A stretch of 64,000 bases of DNA from Octopus vulgaris. Lineage: Eukaryota. The DNA lies in NCBI GenBank assembly GCA_951406725.2, contig OX597817.1:43462001-43526000 (forward strand). The letters are read 5' to 3'. Made by a program: the position numbers and the translations under genes. Shown in pieces: positions 28,701 through 43,496 of the stretch; position 1 is the first letter of the stretch, and each line of letters opens with the position of its first letter. Under the pieces are notes generated by a model. It was not told where the DNA came from, did not search any database, and was given only the letters and a program-made list of their open reading frames with translations.

Positions 28701-30429
28701 CTGGTTAATACGATTAGTTAGGTGGTCTTTAATCAATTGTTCCCGGCTGTCAGCATCGACTGAGGATGTTTTCATTAGCTGTTCACGGCTATCACCATCT
28801 GATATAGGTATATGGCCTGTTCTAGAGTCAAGTGATGGAGAATGCTGTTACAGATCAAAGAGACAGAAAAAGAAAGGAAAAGAGATCAATTGTGATATTT
28901 GGGATGATTTTTTTAAAAACTATATTTAAGTAGTAAAAATTAATTCGAAGAGATTGGTTTAGCAGCCACTGGTTGACCCAGGGCTAAAGTAGAAAACTCT
29001 TGCTTAAAGTACCATACAGTGAGATAGACCCAAAACCACTTGTGTATGCAAAGGAGACTTGCATATACACACACAAATAGAGATAGACATCACATACAAA
29101 CACATTTGAAAGAACAACAGAAAACAATATCAATGATATTTTCAAAAGATCATTCCTACAGCTGTTTCAAAGATTTATACATGACAGGATTACTATACAG
29201 TTTATAAGAATCATCTTGTCCAGGAGATTTCATTTACACAATATGAGGGTTTCTGTCTATCAAATCCACTCACAAGGCTTTGGTTGGCCCGAGGCTATAG
29301 TAGTGGAAGACACTTGCCCAAGGTTCCATGCAGTGGGACTGAACCCGGAGCCATGTGGTTCGTAAGCAAGCTACTTACCACACAACCACTCCTGTGCCTA
29401 TCAAGAGAAAATCTGATTTTATTTGAGGCAGATTCAGCTGGTTTCCTCGAATGTTTCCTAAGCCAGGATGATTGTTGAGCTCATCATTTTGGGACAAAAA
29501 GACAATCCATGCATTGGAACATCCCTTCTCACCTACTTCAAAGAAAGCAAAGGTCATTTCATCTGCAAGGAAGGTGATGCAGAAGACATTGTTTTTATTG
29601 ATTATTGAAGGGTCACACCATCAATGAGAATACTATACCAACTTGCTGAGGCAGTTATGAAAAGTTATCAAAACCAAATGCTGAGGAAAACTGATGCAAG
29701 TGGTCTTGTTTCATCTGGACAGTACCCCAGCACACAAGTCCTTGCTTTCAGTGGTTGTTGTGCAAGACTGTTGCTTTGAACTGGTTGTTCACTCTCTCTA
29801 TTCTCATGATTTAGCCCCATCTAACAATCATTTGTTCCCCAACATGGAAAAACACTTTGCTGGAAACCGGACTTTTTTCAGCAGCAGGATAAAAGTTCTT
29901 CCCCAATGAGATCCAAGCTTTGCATTATCAATGAAAGAAATGTGTGGACTGCAAGGGGGTACTATGTTGAAAAATGCGCCTCATGTGGACACATTCCATG
30001 AGAATATTTTTGTCAGCCTATGAAGTTCTCAGCAGACTTTCATAAAATATTTTGAGCTTTAATATATTTGGTTATCTGTCATGCAAACACAGCACACCTT
30101 AATGTCGCTGTGTGTGTGTGTGGTGGGGGTGGGTTTGTAAAAAGCACCATCCAAACATGGTTGATCTCAGTGCCCCGACAGGCTCCCATGCCAGTGGCAT
30201 GTAAAAAGCACCCACTACATTCTCAGAGAGGTTGACATTAGGAAGGGCATTCAGCTTTAGAAACCTTGCTAGATCAGATTGGAGTCTGGTGCAGCCTCCT
30301 AGATTAGCAGTCCTCAGTCAAACCATCAAACCCATGCCAGCATGGAAAGCGGACATTAAACAATGATGATGATGATGATATATGTGTATATATGTGTGCG
30401 TGTATGTATATCTATACATATATATGTAC

Positions 30430-30469
<40 letters not shown>

Positions 30470-32509
30470 GTATATGTGTGTGTGTGTGTGCGTATACATA
30501 TATATGAGTGAGTGGACAAGTAAAAGAAAAGGGCACCCAACGCACTTAATAGGTGTTGCATGTATTATTTTAAACAGTGTGATTTGGCTCCGGGTGTCTT
30601 AAAGTTTCACAGGTCTCTCTAAAGGAAACCCATCACTTTCAGGTTTTAGATGGCTACTGGAAAACAGGCTGCTATTGGTCAAGTGGGGTCATATGGTGTT
30701 GTCAAAGTCATATCAGTTGCTCAGTGACAGCAGTTCCCTTAGGAAGGGGAATTTCTTTGCCATCAGAAGTATGCCCTTCTGGTGAATTTCAAACCACTGA
30801 CTGCTGAAAACCCAGATATACCACCTTAACATTGGCTCCAATCATCTATTTCTATGAAGACTGACCCCCACAACCTTATGCATCCCTTGCAAACTCCTAA
30901 TTTTGCCTCCTTATATGTGGTGTGCACACATAAACACATATAAATTCACACACACTCACTGCCCCCATACACAAACTCCTACACACGCCCCCACACACAC
31001 AACCAGCACAAATGCACATTAATGCATATGTTCATTTAATTGCACCAGCATCTGTCACATGCATATATATAAATAACAAAAGCACATATAGACATATAAG
31101 CTCTTCTACACATGCACATAGACACACATGCATATGTGCATGCAGCTGCACACTCACATACGTAAATACCACATTTGCAAAGATAATTAACAAAAACATA
31201 TATTATGCACACACACACACACACACACACGTCTGAAAGAAGTCCTTTCAAACTTACATCCACACACGCATGTGTTCACACATAAATGTAAGAATGTATA
31301 TACTTCTGTACAGACACACCTATACTCACACCCTAAATGCATTCATGTCGCACATGTGTGTTGCAGGCACTGACACACATGCACTCACATACACATGCAT
31401 ACATATATATATATCCAATATCACATCTACATCCATGCTTTCATACATTCCAGGTGTGTGTATATTTAATTGCACCAGCATCTGTCACCTGCATATATAT
31501 AAATATATATATATACATACATACATAATCATCATCATCATCATCATTTAACGTCCGCTTTCCATGCTGGCATAGGTTGGACGATTTGACTAAGGACTGG
31601 CGAACCAGATGGCTACACCAGGCCACAATCTGATCTGGCACTGTTTCTACAGCTGGATGCCCTTCCTAACGCCAACCACTCTGAGAGTGTAGTGGGTGCT
31701 TTTACGTGCCACCTGCGCAGGAGTCAGTCCAGTGGCACTGGCAACGATCACGCATGAATGTTTTGTTCACGTGCCAGTAAGGCCACCCAGTAGCCATCTG
31801 AATTCTGAAAGTGATGGGTTTCTTTTAGAGACCGGTGAAACTTTAAGACACCTGGAGCCATATCAAATTGTTTTAAATAATACATGTAAGACCTATTAAG
31901 TGTGTTGGGTGCCCTCTTCTTTTATTTGTCCACTCACTCATATATATGTATACACCTCCCCACACACACACATATACATGTGAAGGCACATGGCTTAGTG
32001 GCTAGGGTATTTGTGTTGTGATCATAGGGTCACGAGTTTGATTCCCAGTGGCGTGTTGTGTCCTTGAGCAAAACACTTTACTTCACGTTGCTCCAGTCCA
32101 CTCATCTGGCAAAAAATGAGTAGTACCTGTTTTACAAAGAGCCAGTGTTGTCACACTCTGTGTCACGCTGAATCTCCCTGAGAAGTATGCGAAGTGGTAC
32201 ACATGTCTGTGGAGTGCTCAACCACTTGCATGTTAATCTCATGAGCAATCTGTTCTGTAAATCAGATCAACTGGAACCCTTGTTGTCATAAGTGACAAAG
32301 TGCCAATATATATATATATATATGTCGGGAATAATCAGCTGAAATTGCGAGGATAATCTGGTGCTTGACCAAGGAAAGAAAACTTCGAATGACCGGTCCT
32401 TGTTTTCTTTGTATCGTCTACCTGGATGTTTTGTTGACCCCTTTTGTATTACCTAGCTGTCCGATGTTTTGCATTCTTGTCCCATTTTTGCTATACATAT
32501 ATATATATA

Positions 32510-32548
<39 letters not shown>

Positions 32549-33415
32549 TGGGCCTGATATATATATATATATATGATGTGTGTGATGTGTGATCAGGGTG
32601 AGTAAAAAGTAAGTAACGTTTTGAAACATGAAATTCATCACAATATATTTCAACAATTCAGAAATTTTATACCTGCATGAATGGAAGAGATCACTCAGAA
32701 GACTTCTAGTCAAGTGAGGAGATAATTTAAGAAATATATTTGGAACAACGAGGGTGAAAATGACAAGAGTATGAGTGGAATGGAACAAATGATGTGGCCA
32801 GTAGAGCCGACTTGGCACCAGGCAGCCTGGCTGATCCAAGTGATCCAGGTGACATTGAGATCGAATTTGGAACCATACAGTTGTGAAACAAACATTCTAA
32901 CCACACATTTCTGCCTGTACACATACATACACATAATCACACATACAATGTATGTGTATGTTTGTGATTGGTAATGTATGAAATGCATGTGAATATGAGG
33001 AATATACCAGATTGCAAGCAAGGGGCATGTTACCTGGGTACTGGAATCAAAGTGCTCACTTTCACCACCAGTGACAGTGTTAGCCGCAGAAGTCTCCCCC
33101 ATAACATGGCTTAACACAGATGAACGACCTGATAGCTTTTGTGGATCTTCCAGAAGTTTCTCAAGTTGTTTCACTTTCTAGAATCAAAAGAGAAGAAAGT
33201 AAAGGTTACAGTTTATACAAACACACACTGTTTTGCTTAGGCATAGCAATACAAGTAACGTGTTAACAGAACTCAATATACATATGCTTCAGAATAAAGT
33301 GTAAATTGGGTGCAGAGCATAATATGGAATGAAATAAATGACAAAGGAGCAAAGAATTTCTGCAATGCATAAATAAATTCTTTGTTTCTTGTCATTTCTT
33401 TAATTTCATTCATTC

Positions 33416-33457
<42 letters not shown>

Positions 33458-33714
33458 AGATACATATATAGGGTAGAGAATTTTCATTATAAATATCACC
33501 ACCAGTGGCCTAGCATGTATAAATAGTCAATAGACAATATATTCATATTTTAAAATAGTGCACATTTTTCATTCCTTCGAAAATTGCTATTAAATCGTGG
33601 TTTTGGCCGTGTTGGCTGCTTTTTCTAGCATGTAAAAATTACCTGTTAAAGGGCAGTTTTCTTTTGTGTTTAAATGTACACTATTTTAAAATATGAATAT
33701 GTTGTCTATTGACA

Positions 33715-33745
<31 letters not shown>

Positions 33746-36700
33746 TATACATATTTACATATATATATGCATATGTACATACACATATCTACACACACAC
33801 ACACATATATGCACATATACATATATATACACACACACATATATGTGTGTGCATATGTGAGTGTATTGTTAATAACAGCTGGCTCAGTTCTCCATGACAA
33901 GTTTTGTGAGTGAAGAAGATATCCATTTAACAAATTTGTTGAAATCAGGAGAGCAAAAGGGTATGAACGAGTCATTATAAAAATAAGAGTCTAGAAATGT
34001 GATACCAAGAGAGTAAGGGGCCAAGAGTTAGACAATCACTTACTTGGATTTCATTTTCATATTTCATTTTCAGAAGCTGCAGTTCAAGCATGTAATGTTC
34101 CTTCTGTTGTTCCAGTTTACTTACTTTTTGTTGGAAAGTTTGCAACTGAAAGTATGTCAGCAGAGAATAATAATAATAATAATAATGAAATTATTGTATA
34201 CAGTGCTCAGGTGCACCACAACTTGTCAGAAAGTGCATATAAAGCATATGCAGTAATGTACAAATGTCTGGTAAGTGAACAGTGTATGAGTCAGATACAT
34301 GCTTGCATGTGTATGGAGGGGAGAAAATCAGGTGTAGTGTTGGCGAATCTCAGGAAGCATGGAAGTTTTGAAGGATGCAGTGCTCCGACAACTAACAACT
34401 GATGCCGGCAGTTTGTTCCACGCTTCAGTGACTCTTAGCGTGAAAAAATGTTTCCAAAAGTCATGGGAGCTGTGCTGTTTTCTGACTTTATAAACATGTC
34501 CACGGGTGTTAGACAGGTGGAGTTTGAAAAGGTGCTCAGAGTTATTGTTTGTAAGATGGTTAATAATTTTATGGGTGTCTGCCAAGTCAGCTGCCATACG
34601 TTGGAGTTTCAATATATCCATGCCCAGGAAAGTAAGGCGTTCAAAATATGGCAAATGCCTGATGGAGGGTATTCTCTTGGTTGCACGTCGCTGAACGGCT
34701 TCCAGACGATTAATATCCTGGGCAAGATAGGGGTTCCAGACCGGTGATATAAGGATCACAGTGGATTTACGTTTAGAATACAAAATTTAGATGCTGGCAT
34801 GGCCGTGTAGTTAAGGGGTTTGCTATCCAACTGCATGATCTGGGTTCATTTCAAGTGTGTGGCACCCTGGGCAAGTGTCTGCTGAATGATTATGATGATA
34901 CACATAAACACACACAGCAGACTTTAGGTTTCTCTCTGCCAATCCACTTTCCCAAGTGCCACGTAGTTGGAAAGCAAACTTCTTGCCATATACAGCCATG
35001 CATGTACCCAGTAGTGTAAATGGGTCGATGGGAAAGGGCAGTGCCCCGGGCGTGCGCCGACTGAAGGGGGTCGCAGAATTGTGCATAATACGATAATACG
35101 ATAAGCTTGAACTCCATTTATAAAATTGCAATTGTGAAGATGGATCTCCAGCTTATAGTTTTATGCTGTTATTAAAGGTAAATGCTCAATTGAGTGAAAC
35201 CTGCCTACTACACATACTGCACAACTAAAGGTATAAAATTAAGTTTGGTGGTATATATTCTATGTTAAATTTACTTAACTGTTGTTTATTCATTTAACTA
35301 TTAACCATTCTTTGTGGTTCTACAAATAGTTCATTCTTATCAGTGTAAATCGATTTTCCATTTCTGCATAGCTTGCAACTTCCAGTGTACACACTGTAAA
35401 TGGTTTGTTATGTTATCAATAAAGACTTCGACTTTCTGCCCCGAGCAGATGCATAACTGCTAATAAGATTATTCAAAAGTGGTTGCCCCATTTCTATCCT
35501 CGGATACTTCAACAAAACAATACTACAAACAGTAGAACAGTTCAACTGGGTTCTACAATATGATCTCTTCTATATACTTTAACCCCTTAATGGATTATCC
35601 AGAGTTTACTCGTGCATCACAAATGTATCTTTTTAGAACCAGACGAGTATACTCGGTCAAAATTAACTTTCAATTTTAGCACTCAAATGAGTTTATTAGT
35701 TTTATGTCGTTTCATTTTGGAGCAATCATGAATTTACTCGTGTTGTTTAAAAATAATAAGTATTTTTTCATTTGATGGATTTGGCTATCTTGAATGCTTG
35801 TTTTGCATAAATCATCTTTGGAAACTTCAGTTTCTGCTATCAAACTGCTGAAATTTAGAATGCAAATAATCACCAAGATTATTGAGAAATATAGGCCACA
35901 TCGATCCCACATCCAACAAGATTTGCCCCAGCTGGTCACTTTCCCATGGAAATGCCACCAAGTGATAAGAAAAAGAACCCTACAAGACAGTGTGCAAAAT
36001 GCGCAGAGAAGAGAGACACTAAAGGAAAGAAGATTCAAAGAGAAAGCAGATACATGTGTGATGTCTGCAAGATAACTTTGTGTGTAACTCCTTGTTTTAA
36101 AAATTATCATTCTAAATAAACTATCTCATTTAAAAAAAAATTTCCCTTTGATTTAAAAGCAATACATCTTATAAAAAATCGAAGATAGTTAAGTTATATG
36201 TATTTTTTCAATGTCCGAGTTAACTCATTTAAATCCAAATGAGTAAAAGTACATTTTAATTTCTATAATAAAAAATAAAGGAAACAAGATAAAAAACTTT
36301 TTTTTTGTAAATAACACAGTGTATATAATTAAAAAAGGAAATAAAAAATATGCTCTGAAATGAAACGACATGTCAAAATAATTGATCCATTAAGAGGTTA
36401 AAGCAGAGTAATTTGTTTTCTACTTCTAATTACGACTACATTAAGGTTTACTCTTTTCTCTGTACAATCATCATCATCATCATTTAACGTCCGCTTTCCA
36501 TGCTAGCATGGGCTGGACGATTTTGAATGAGGGCTGGCGAACCAGATGGCTGCACTAGGCTCCAATCTTGATTTAGCAGAGTTTCTACAGCTGGATGCCC
36601 TTCCTAACGCCAACCACTCCAAGAGTGTACAATGTCTATGACTTTTACTTGTTTGTCACAAGAACATGAAGCATGCCTTTCCTAAAAAAAAGTAAGTGGA

Positions 36701-39700
36701 GCTGAAGGAAAGAAAAAGGCAGAAGCAGGAGACTGAAGAAGCTTTGAAATCAAGCAAGACCCTCATTCATTATTTTAGCAACAAGGAATCAAGTCATTCA
36801 ACAAGTTCACAGACGTTGGTTGAGGCTTGTCAAAATCTTGTCACTGAAACTGAAGCATGTGCAATTTGATTAGAGGACGACGAGTCCAAGTCCTGTTTCC
36901 TGAAATCTGAAGACTTTTACATGGTTAAGTTAAGTCAACTTAATACTTGATTGCTTCAGAAATTCTAATATTGTTTTTGAGTGCTTGCTATTACTCTAAA
37001 TTTATCTATTGAGCAAATGAATGGTATTAGATGAGTAAAGGATACAAAGGGAACTTAGACATACATATCAGTGGGAATCAAATATTATTTAATAACTGGC
37101 AGAAAACCACCCAGAGAGTGGTGTTTCTGCTTATATATATATAATAGTTATAAAAAGTCTATATAAACTAAAGACAAAGTCTTTTACTATTTACCTGTTT
37201 CAAAAGACTTTCTTTACTTTCTGTTGAACTGAGAAGCACCTTTCTGTTTTGTATGGCCATTCTATGGGGGACACTTTCAGGTTGAGCCTGGAAATAGAAA
37301 TATATTTTGTCAATAACGATGAACATAATGAAGAAACAAGATCTTAGCCTCAAGACATTAATGGTTTTAAGGGTTAGTCATCATTTTAACATCCACTTTT
37401 TTTTATTCTTGCATCGGCTGGACAGAATTTGTCAGAGTACATTTTCTAGAGCCAGATGCCCTTCTTGTTGTCAACCTTTACCTGTTTCCAAGCAAGGTAA
37501 TATTTTCCATGGCCTGATATGTTTTCCACAGAAGACTGGAAATGAATAACATCACTTTTAAAATATCAAGTAATAGGTGTAAGTGTGGCTGTGTTGTTAA
37601 GAAGCTTGCTTCCCAATCATATGGTTCCAGGTTCAGTTCTACTGTGTGGCACCTTGGGCAAGTGTCTTCTAATATAGTCTTGGGCTGACCAAAGCCTTTG
37701 TGAGTGGATTTGGTAAACAGAAAGAAGCCTGTCATTTATATATGTGTGCGTGTGTGTATGTGCCTTTGTATCAGTGTTTGTCCCCCATCACTGCTTGACA
37801 ACTGATGTTGGTTTGTTTACATCCCTGTAAATTAGTGGTTTGGCAAAGGGCGACCGATAGAATAAGTACCTGGCTTTAAAAAAAAGTATGTACTGGAGTC
37901 AATTCATTCACCTGAAAGTTCTTCAAGGCAGTGTCCCAGCATAGCTACAATCATCATCATCATCATTTAACGTACACTTTCCATGCTGGTATGGGTTGGA
38001 CAGACTCCAGTCTGATCTGGCAAGTTTTCTACAGCTGGATGCCCTTCCTAATGCCAACCCAGGCGGCACTGGCAACGACCATACTTGAATGCTGCTTTTT
38101 ACATGCCACCAGCATGGGAGACAGTCAGGCGACGCTGGCAATGACCATGCTCGAATGGTGCTTTTTACATGTCACTGGCATGGGACCAGTCAGGTGACAC
38201 TGGCATCGACCATGCTCGTATGGTGCCTTTTATGTGCCACTGGCATGGGAGCCAGTCAGGCGACACTAGCTATGACCATGCTCGAATGGTGCTTTTTACA
38301 TGTCACAGGCACAGGACCAGTCAGGTGGCACTGGCATCGACCATGCTTGTATGGTGCCTTTTACGTGCCACTGGCACGGGAGCCAGTCAGATGACACTAG
38401 CAATGACCATGCTTGAATGGTGCATTTTACATGCCACTGGCATGGGACCAGTCAGGTGGCACTGGCGTCGACCATGCTTATGTGGTGCCTTTTATGTGCC
38501 ACCAGCACGGGACCCAGTTAGGCAGTACTGGCAATGGTCAAAATGATTTCACTTGACTCAACAGGTCTTCTCAAGCACAGCATATTGCCCAATGATTGAA
38601 GGGTACTCTTAAATGGGCTGGTTATATGACACTGGCATAGGCCATGGCAATGGTCTCACTTAGCTTGCCGGGTCTGATAACTAAAACAAATAAAAAATGA
38701 AAAGATAATACTTACACTTTGTATACTCTCCAGGTATTTAACAGCTCGCTCACGGTACAAGGCCACAATTGGGTTTGTGTGATCCTCTTGATGTTGGGTT
38801 GCATCACTAGTGCTACTGCCTCTCAGGCGATAGCTTACTCGTTGGGCAAAGAAGTCTTGGTTTCCAGATAAAAACGCTGACAACTAAGTAGAAAAGCAAT
38901 CAATTTAAAAGGTGACAGATGTGTGTGTATAAGAAACCAAAAGATATGTTAAAGTGAGGAGTATATAATAGTGAGAGATGTATGACAATTGGGTATATGA
39001 CAGTGAAAGGTAGTAAAAGTAAGTATATGACAGTGAGAGATGTATGACAGTGAAAGGCAATAAAAGTGAGAGTATGACAGTGAATGGTGTACAAAACGAA
39101 AGTGAAAGTGAGAGGTGTATGACAATGAGAGATATATGACAGTTAAAGGTTATGTAAAAGTGGGTATATGACACTGAGATGGATGTCAGTGAAAGGGGTG
39201 TGAACATGAGAGGTTTATGACCACAATAGGTGTATGTGAGGTGTATACAGCTACGAGAGGTGTATGACAGTGATGGGAATGAGACAATATAATAGTAACT
39301 ATGTGTTCTCCATCTTAGTATCAGAGAAACACGGTATCCAGCATCCATTGTCCCTGCATATGTAGCTAGAGTTATTCAGTTATTTACTATCTCAAAGCAT
39401 ATTACAACTATTTAACTACTGTCATGTGTGCATAATATAGAACACAACAAATTAGCCAATGCACAGTCAGAATATATGTTATAATAACTGTCTAACAACT
39501 GTGTAACTACACATGGTCATCATCAGCATCATTATTATCGTTTAGTGTCTGCTTTCTGTGCTAGCATGAGTTGGACGATTTGACTGAGGACTGGCGAACC
39601 AGATGGCTGCACCAGTCTCCAATCTGATCTGGCAGAGTTTCTACAGCTGGATGCCCTTCCTAACACCAACCACTCCGAGAGTGTAGTGAGTGCTTTTACG

Positions 39701-42700
39701 TGCCACCGGCATGAGGGGGGCTAGTCAGGTGGTACTGGCAATGGCCACACTCAAATGGTGTCTTTTACATGCCACCTGCACAGGAGCCAGTCCAGCAGCA
39801 CTGGCAACGACCTTGCTCGAATGTTTTGTTCATGTGCTTCCGGTACAAGTGCCAGTAAGGCGATGCTGGTAACGATCATGCTTGAATGGTGCTTTTTACG
39901 TCCTACCAGCACGGAAGCCAGTTAGCTGCTCTGGCAATGATCACACAACAATCACGCCGGTCATATGTTTGTTTATATACTGTTAGGGAATCTGTTACAG
40001 TTACAAGAACTAATCAGTTACTTACTTTGCCTGTGGATGTGACGAGAGAGACTAGTGATGAAACAATACATTCATCAGAAGTCTTCAGAGACTGTGAAGC
40101 TGTTGGAAGTTGATGCTCCATGGATATCTTGGAATTAAAGTGTTTGGAAACATCTGGAAGTTAAAAGAACAGAACAAATGCCAAGGTTATTTGCTATCTT
40201 CACTCCATTTTAGACAGATGAAAAAGACAAAAAAAAAGGTGATTCTACATTTGATATGTGTGTGTGTGTGCGTGTGTGTGTGTATGTCTCTCTCTCTCTC
40301 GTTGTGGATGAAAGGATGATGGTTCTGAAAATGTAGATGCTCACATAAGAATCGTTAGAGCAACACATTTCACAGTTCCATATTTTTTCCTAATATGAAC
40401 CATGCAACTCTGAAGAATATGTACAACTTAGTGTGATGCCTAAAATGAACAACATAAAATAATGTTGGAATTGAACCCGCGATTTCATGATTAGTGAACT
40501 CAGTAACCAAACACCTTAACTACTCAGTGGTTATAATGAATAAGCTCAACATCAATAATATCATCTCAATGCTGAGAGAGAGAGAGGGAAGGAGAGAGAG
40601 AGAGAGCATGCTTTAAACTTAGAGAAAGATCTATTTAAGGATTTTTAAAGAATTGTGAGAGACGTTCAGTTGTATGTGTATCTTTATTTCAACTATGTTT
40701 GGAACAAAACTTTACTGTTTACATAACATCTTGAACAGTTGTCAGGATATAAATGCATGCACATTTCTTTCAGTGGTACCAGAATTGCCTTTGAAAGGAG
40801 TCTAATTGGTTCTATCAAAAATATGAAGCAACAAAGCAGGAGTGGCTGTGTGGTAAGTAGCTTGCTTACCAACCACATGGTTCCGGGTTCAGTCCTACTG
40901 CGTGGCACCTTGGGCAAGTGTCTTCTACTATAGCCTCGGGCCAACCAAAGCCTTGTGAGTGGATTTGATAGACGGAAACTGAAAGAAGCCCGTCGTATAT
41001 ATATATATATATATGCATGTGTGTGTGTATTCCTCCAACATCGCTTGACAACCGATGCTGGTATGTTTATGTCCCCGTAACCTAGCAGTTCGGCAAAAGA
41101 GACCGATAGAATAAGTACTAGGCTTACAAAGGAATAAATCCTGGGGTCAATTTGCTCAACTAAAGGTGATGCTCCAGCATGGCTGCAGTCAAAATGACTG
41201 AAACAAGTAAAAGAGAATAGGCAAAAGCATGGCTGTGTGTTTGAGAAGTTTTCGCTTCCCAAGCACCTGGTTCTAAGTTCAATCCTAGTAATAGGCACCT
41301 TGGATAAATGACTTCAACCAAAGTCATGTGAGTGGATTTGGTAGATGGAAACTGACAGAAGCTTGTCATATATGTAAACATATGTATGAATATCTATGTG
41401 TGTGTTACTGTTACCCTGTTTTGATATTGCATGGTAATTGTAAATGAGTGTCACTGTCATACAAGGGGTGTCCTTTGTTTTCAATCTCTCCTGAGCAAAA
41501 TGTCAGGTCACAGGGGAACATTACCTTACTTGCAGACAAGTGAGAGTTTGAGCCAGGAAGGGGATCTGGCCATGGAAAACCCAACTCAACAAATTCCATT
41601 CCACCCATGTAAGCATGGAAAAACGGACATTAAAATGATGATGATGATGATGGCACTTACCTTTGATAGCTTCATGTAGGTAAGTTACTGATGTAGTTAG
41701 TTCTGAAAAGAACCTCTTGTGGTTTCTCTTACAATGGGAATAGGATTTATGACCTGGAAAGAAAGAAAAAGGAGAAAAAAAAGAGATCAAAAGTGTGTGT
41801 GTGTATGAGTGTGCCTGTGTGTTTATGAGGGAGTGTGTGTATCAGTGAGAGTGTGCATATGAGTGAGAGTGTGTGTATATGAATGAGAGTGTGTGTGTGA
41901 GAGTGTGTGTATGAGTGAGAGTGTGTGTATGAGTGAGAGTGTGTATGAGTGAAAGTGTGTGTATAAGTGAGAGTGTGTGTATAAGTGAGTGTGTGTGTAT
42001 GAGTAAGTGTGTGTATGAGTGAGAGTGTGTATAAGTGAGAGTGCGTGCATGAGTGAGTGTGTGTGTGAGTGAGAGTGTGTATGCATGAGTGTATGTATGA
42101 ATGAGTGAGAGTGTGTATGAATGAGTGAAAGTGTGTGTATGAGTGAGTGTCAGTGTGTATGAATGAATGTTACACAAGAAATCACTTCTATTATCAGTTT
42201 ATGAATATTTTATATTAATTAATCTGGAAGATTCCAATTGCCAAATATATTAATCTGTGGTTCCAATATATCCCTCAGCACCCCAAAGAAAATATCAGAA
42301 GGTAGGGTTTGCTGCTTAGACCCAAGTCATCCCTGATAGAACAGACCTATAATTAAAAGCATTCCAGGCATGCCCATCTCCCCTTACTGTATACTTACAA
42401 CTACACAGTGTTCAATGTGTTTCCTTTTTTCTAAGACAACAGGGTGTGAGTTGAAAGAAATTTGGCTGCTATTTCTAGAAGCTCCCATGTTGGTTAGTGA
42501 GGTGAGGATTATCCTGGTTATGTTACGTAAAAGTTAAAAACCATTACTCACTCTGAGCTCCCAATATATTGATATAAGTATCAAGTCTGTTTATCACAGC
42601 ATTTAGTTTCTGGTAAGACTGACTTAAGTCTTTGTTTTTAGCTTCTAACATCGAAGTACATGTCGACAGGGCACATTCTTGGTGAAGACTGTTAAAATCA

Positions 42701-43451
42701 GAGAAGAAAATAAATTTAGAAATATAGATAGTATATAAATAACATATACGTATATACTCTTTTACTTGTTTCAGTCATTTGACTGTGGCCATGCTGGAGC
42801 ACTACCTTTAGTCGAGCAAATCGACCCCAGGACTTTTTCTTTGTTAGCCTAGTACTTATTCTATCGGTCTCTTTAGCCGAACCGCTAAGTTACGGGGATG
42901 TAAACACACCAGCATCGGTTGTCAAGCGATGTTGGGGGGAAAACATAGACACACAAACATATACACACACACACATATATATATATATATTTAAAAATAT
43001 ATACGACGGGCTTCTTTCAGTTTCTGTCTACAGAGCCACTCCTACACCTATATATATATATCATCATCATCTGTTAATGTCCATTTTCCATACTGGCATG
43101 GGTTGGACAGTTTGACCAGACCTGATAAGATAGGAAGCTGCACCAAGTCCCAGTCTGATTTTGCTTGGTGTGTATGTATATATATATATACATGTGTGTG
43201 TGTGTGTTGTGAAGGTGCATGGCTTAGTGGTTAGGCATTGTGTTTCTTGAGAAAAACACTTCATTTCATGTTGCTCCACAATCATTTTGTCATCTGACAT
43301 GTGACAAATTGTGTGCCTGTACAAGTAATGTCGATTTGATGGAGGGAGCAAATTTATAGTTTTCTCTCTATAAACAAGTCATCAGTATGGTTGTTCAGCA
43401 AGAAATTGCAGAACCCTCATATGTCATTTAACAATGGAAGACCCCATGATA

Positions 43452-43496
<45 letters not shown>

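Noticed and set aside
29150-29230. Further hammerhead candidate (minus strand GAAA-cagctg-TA)
   Set aside because: No recognisable CUGANGA box; too decayed to count
38060-38540. Regularly spaced ~62-bp repeats resembling CRISPR, and the recurring [14 protein letters not shown] ORFs
   Set aside because: The intervening parts are homologous to each other; these are tandem units in the 3' UTR of the RTE family seen many times in the window
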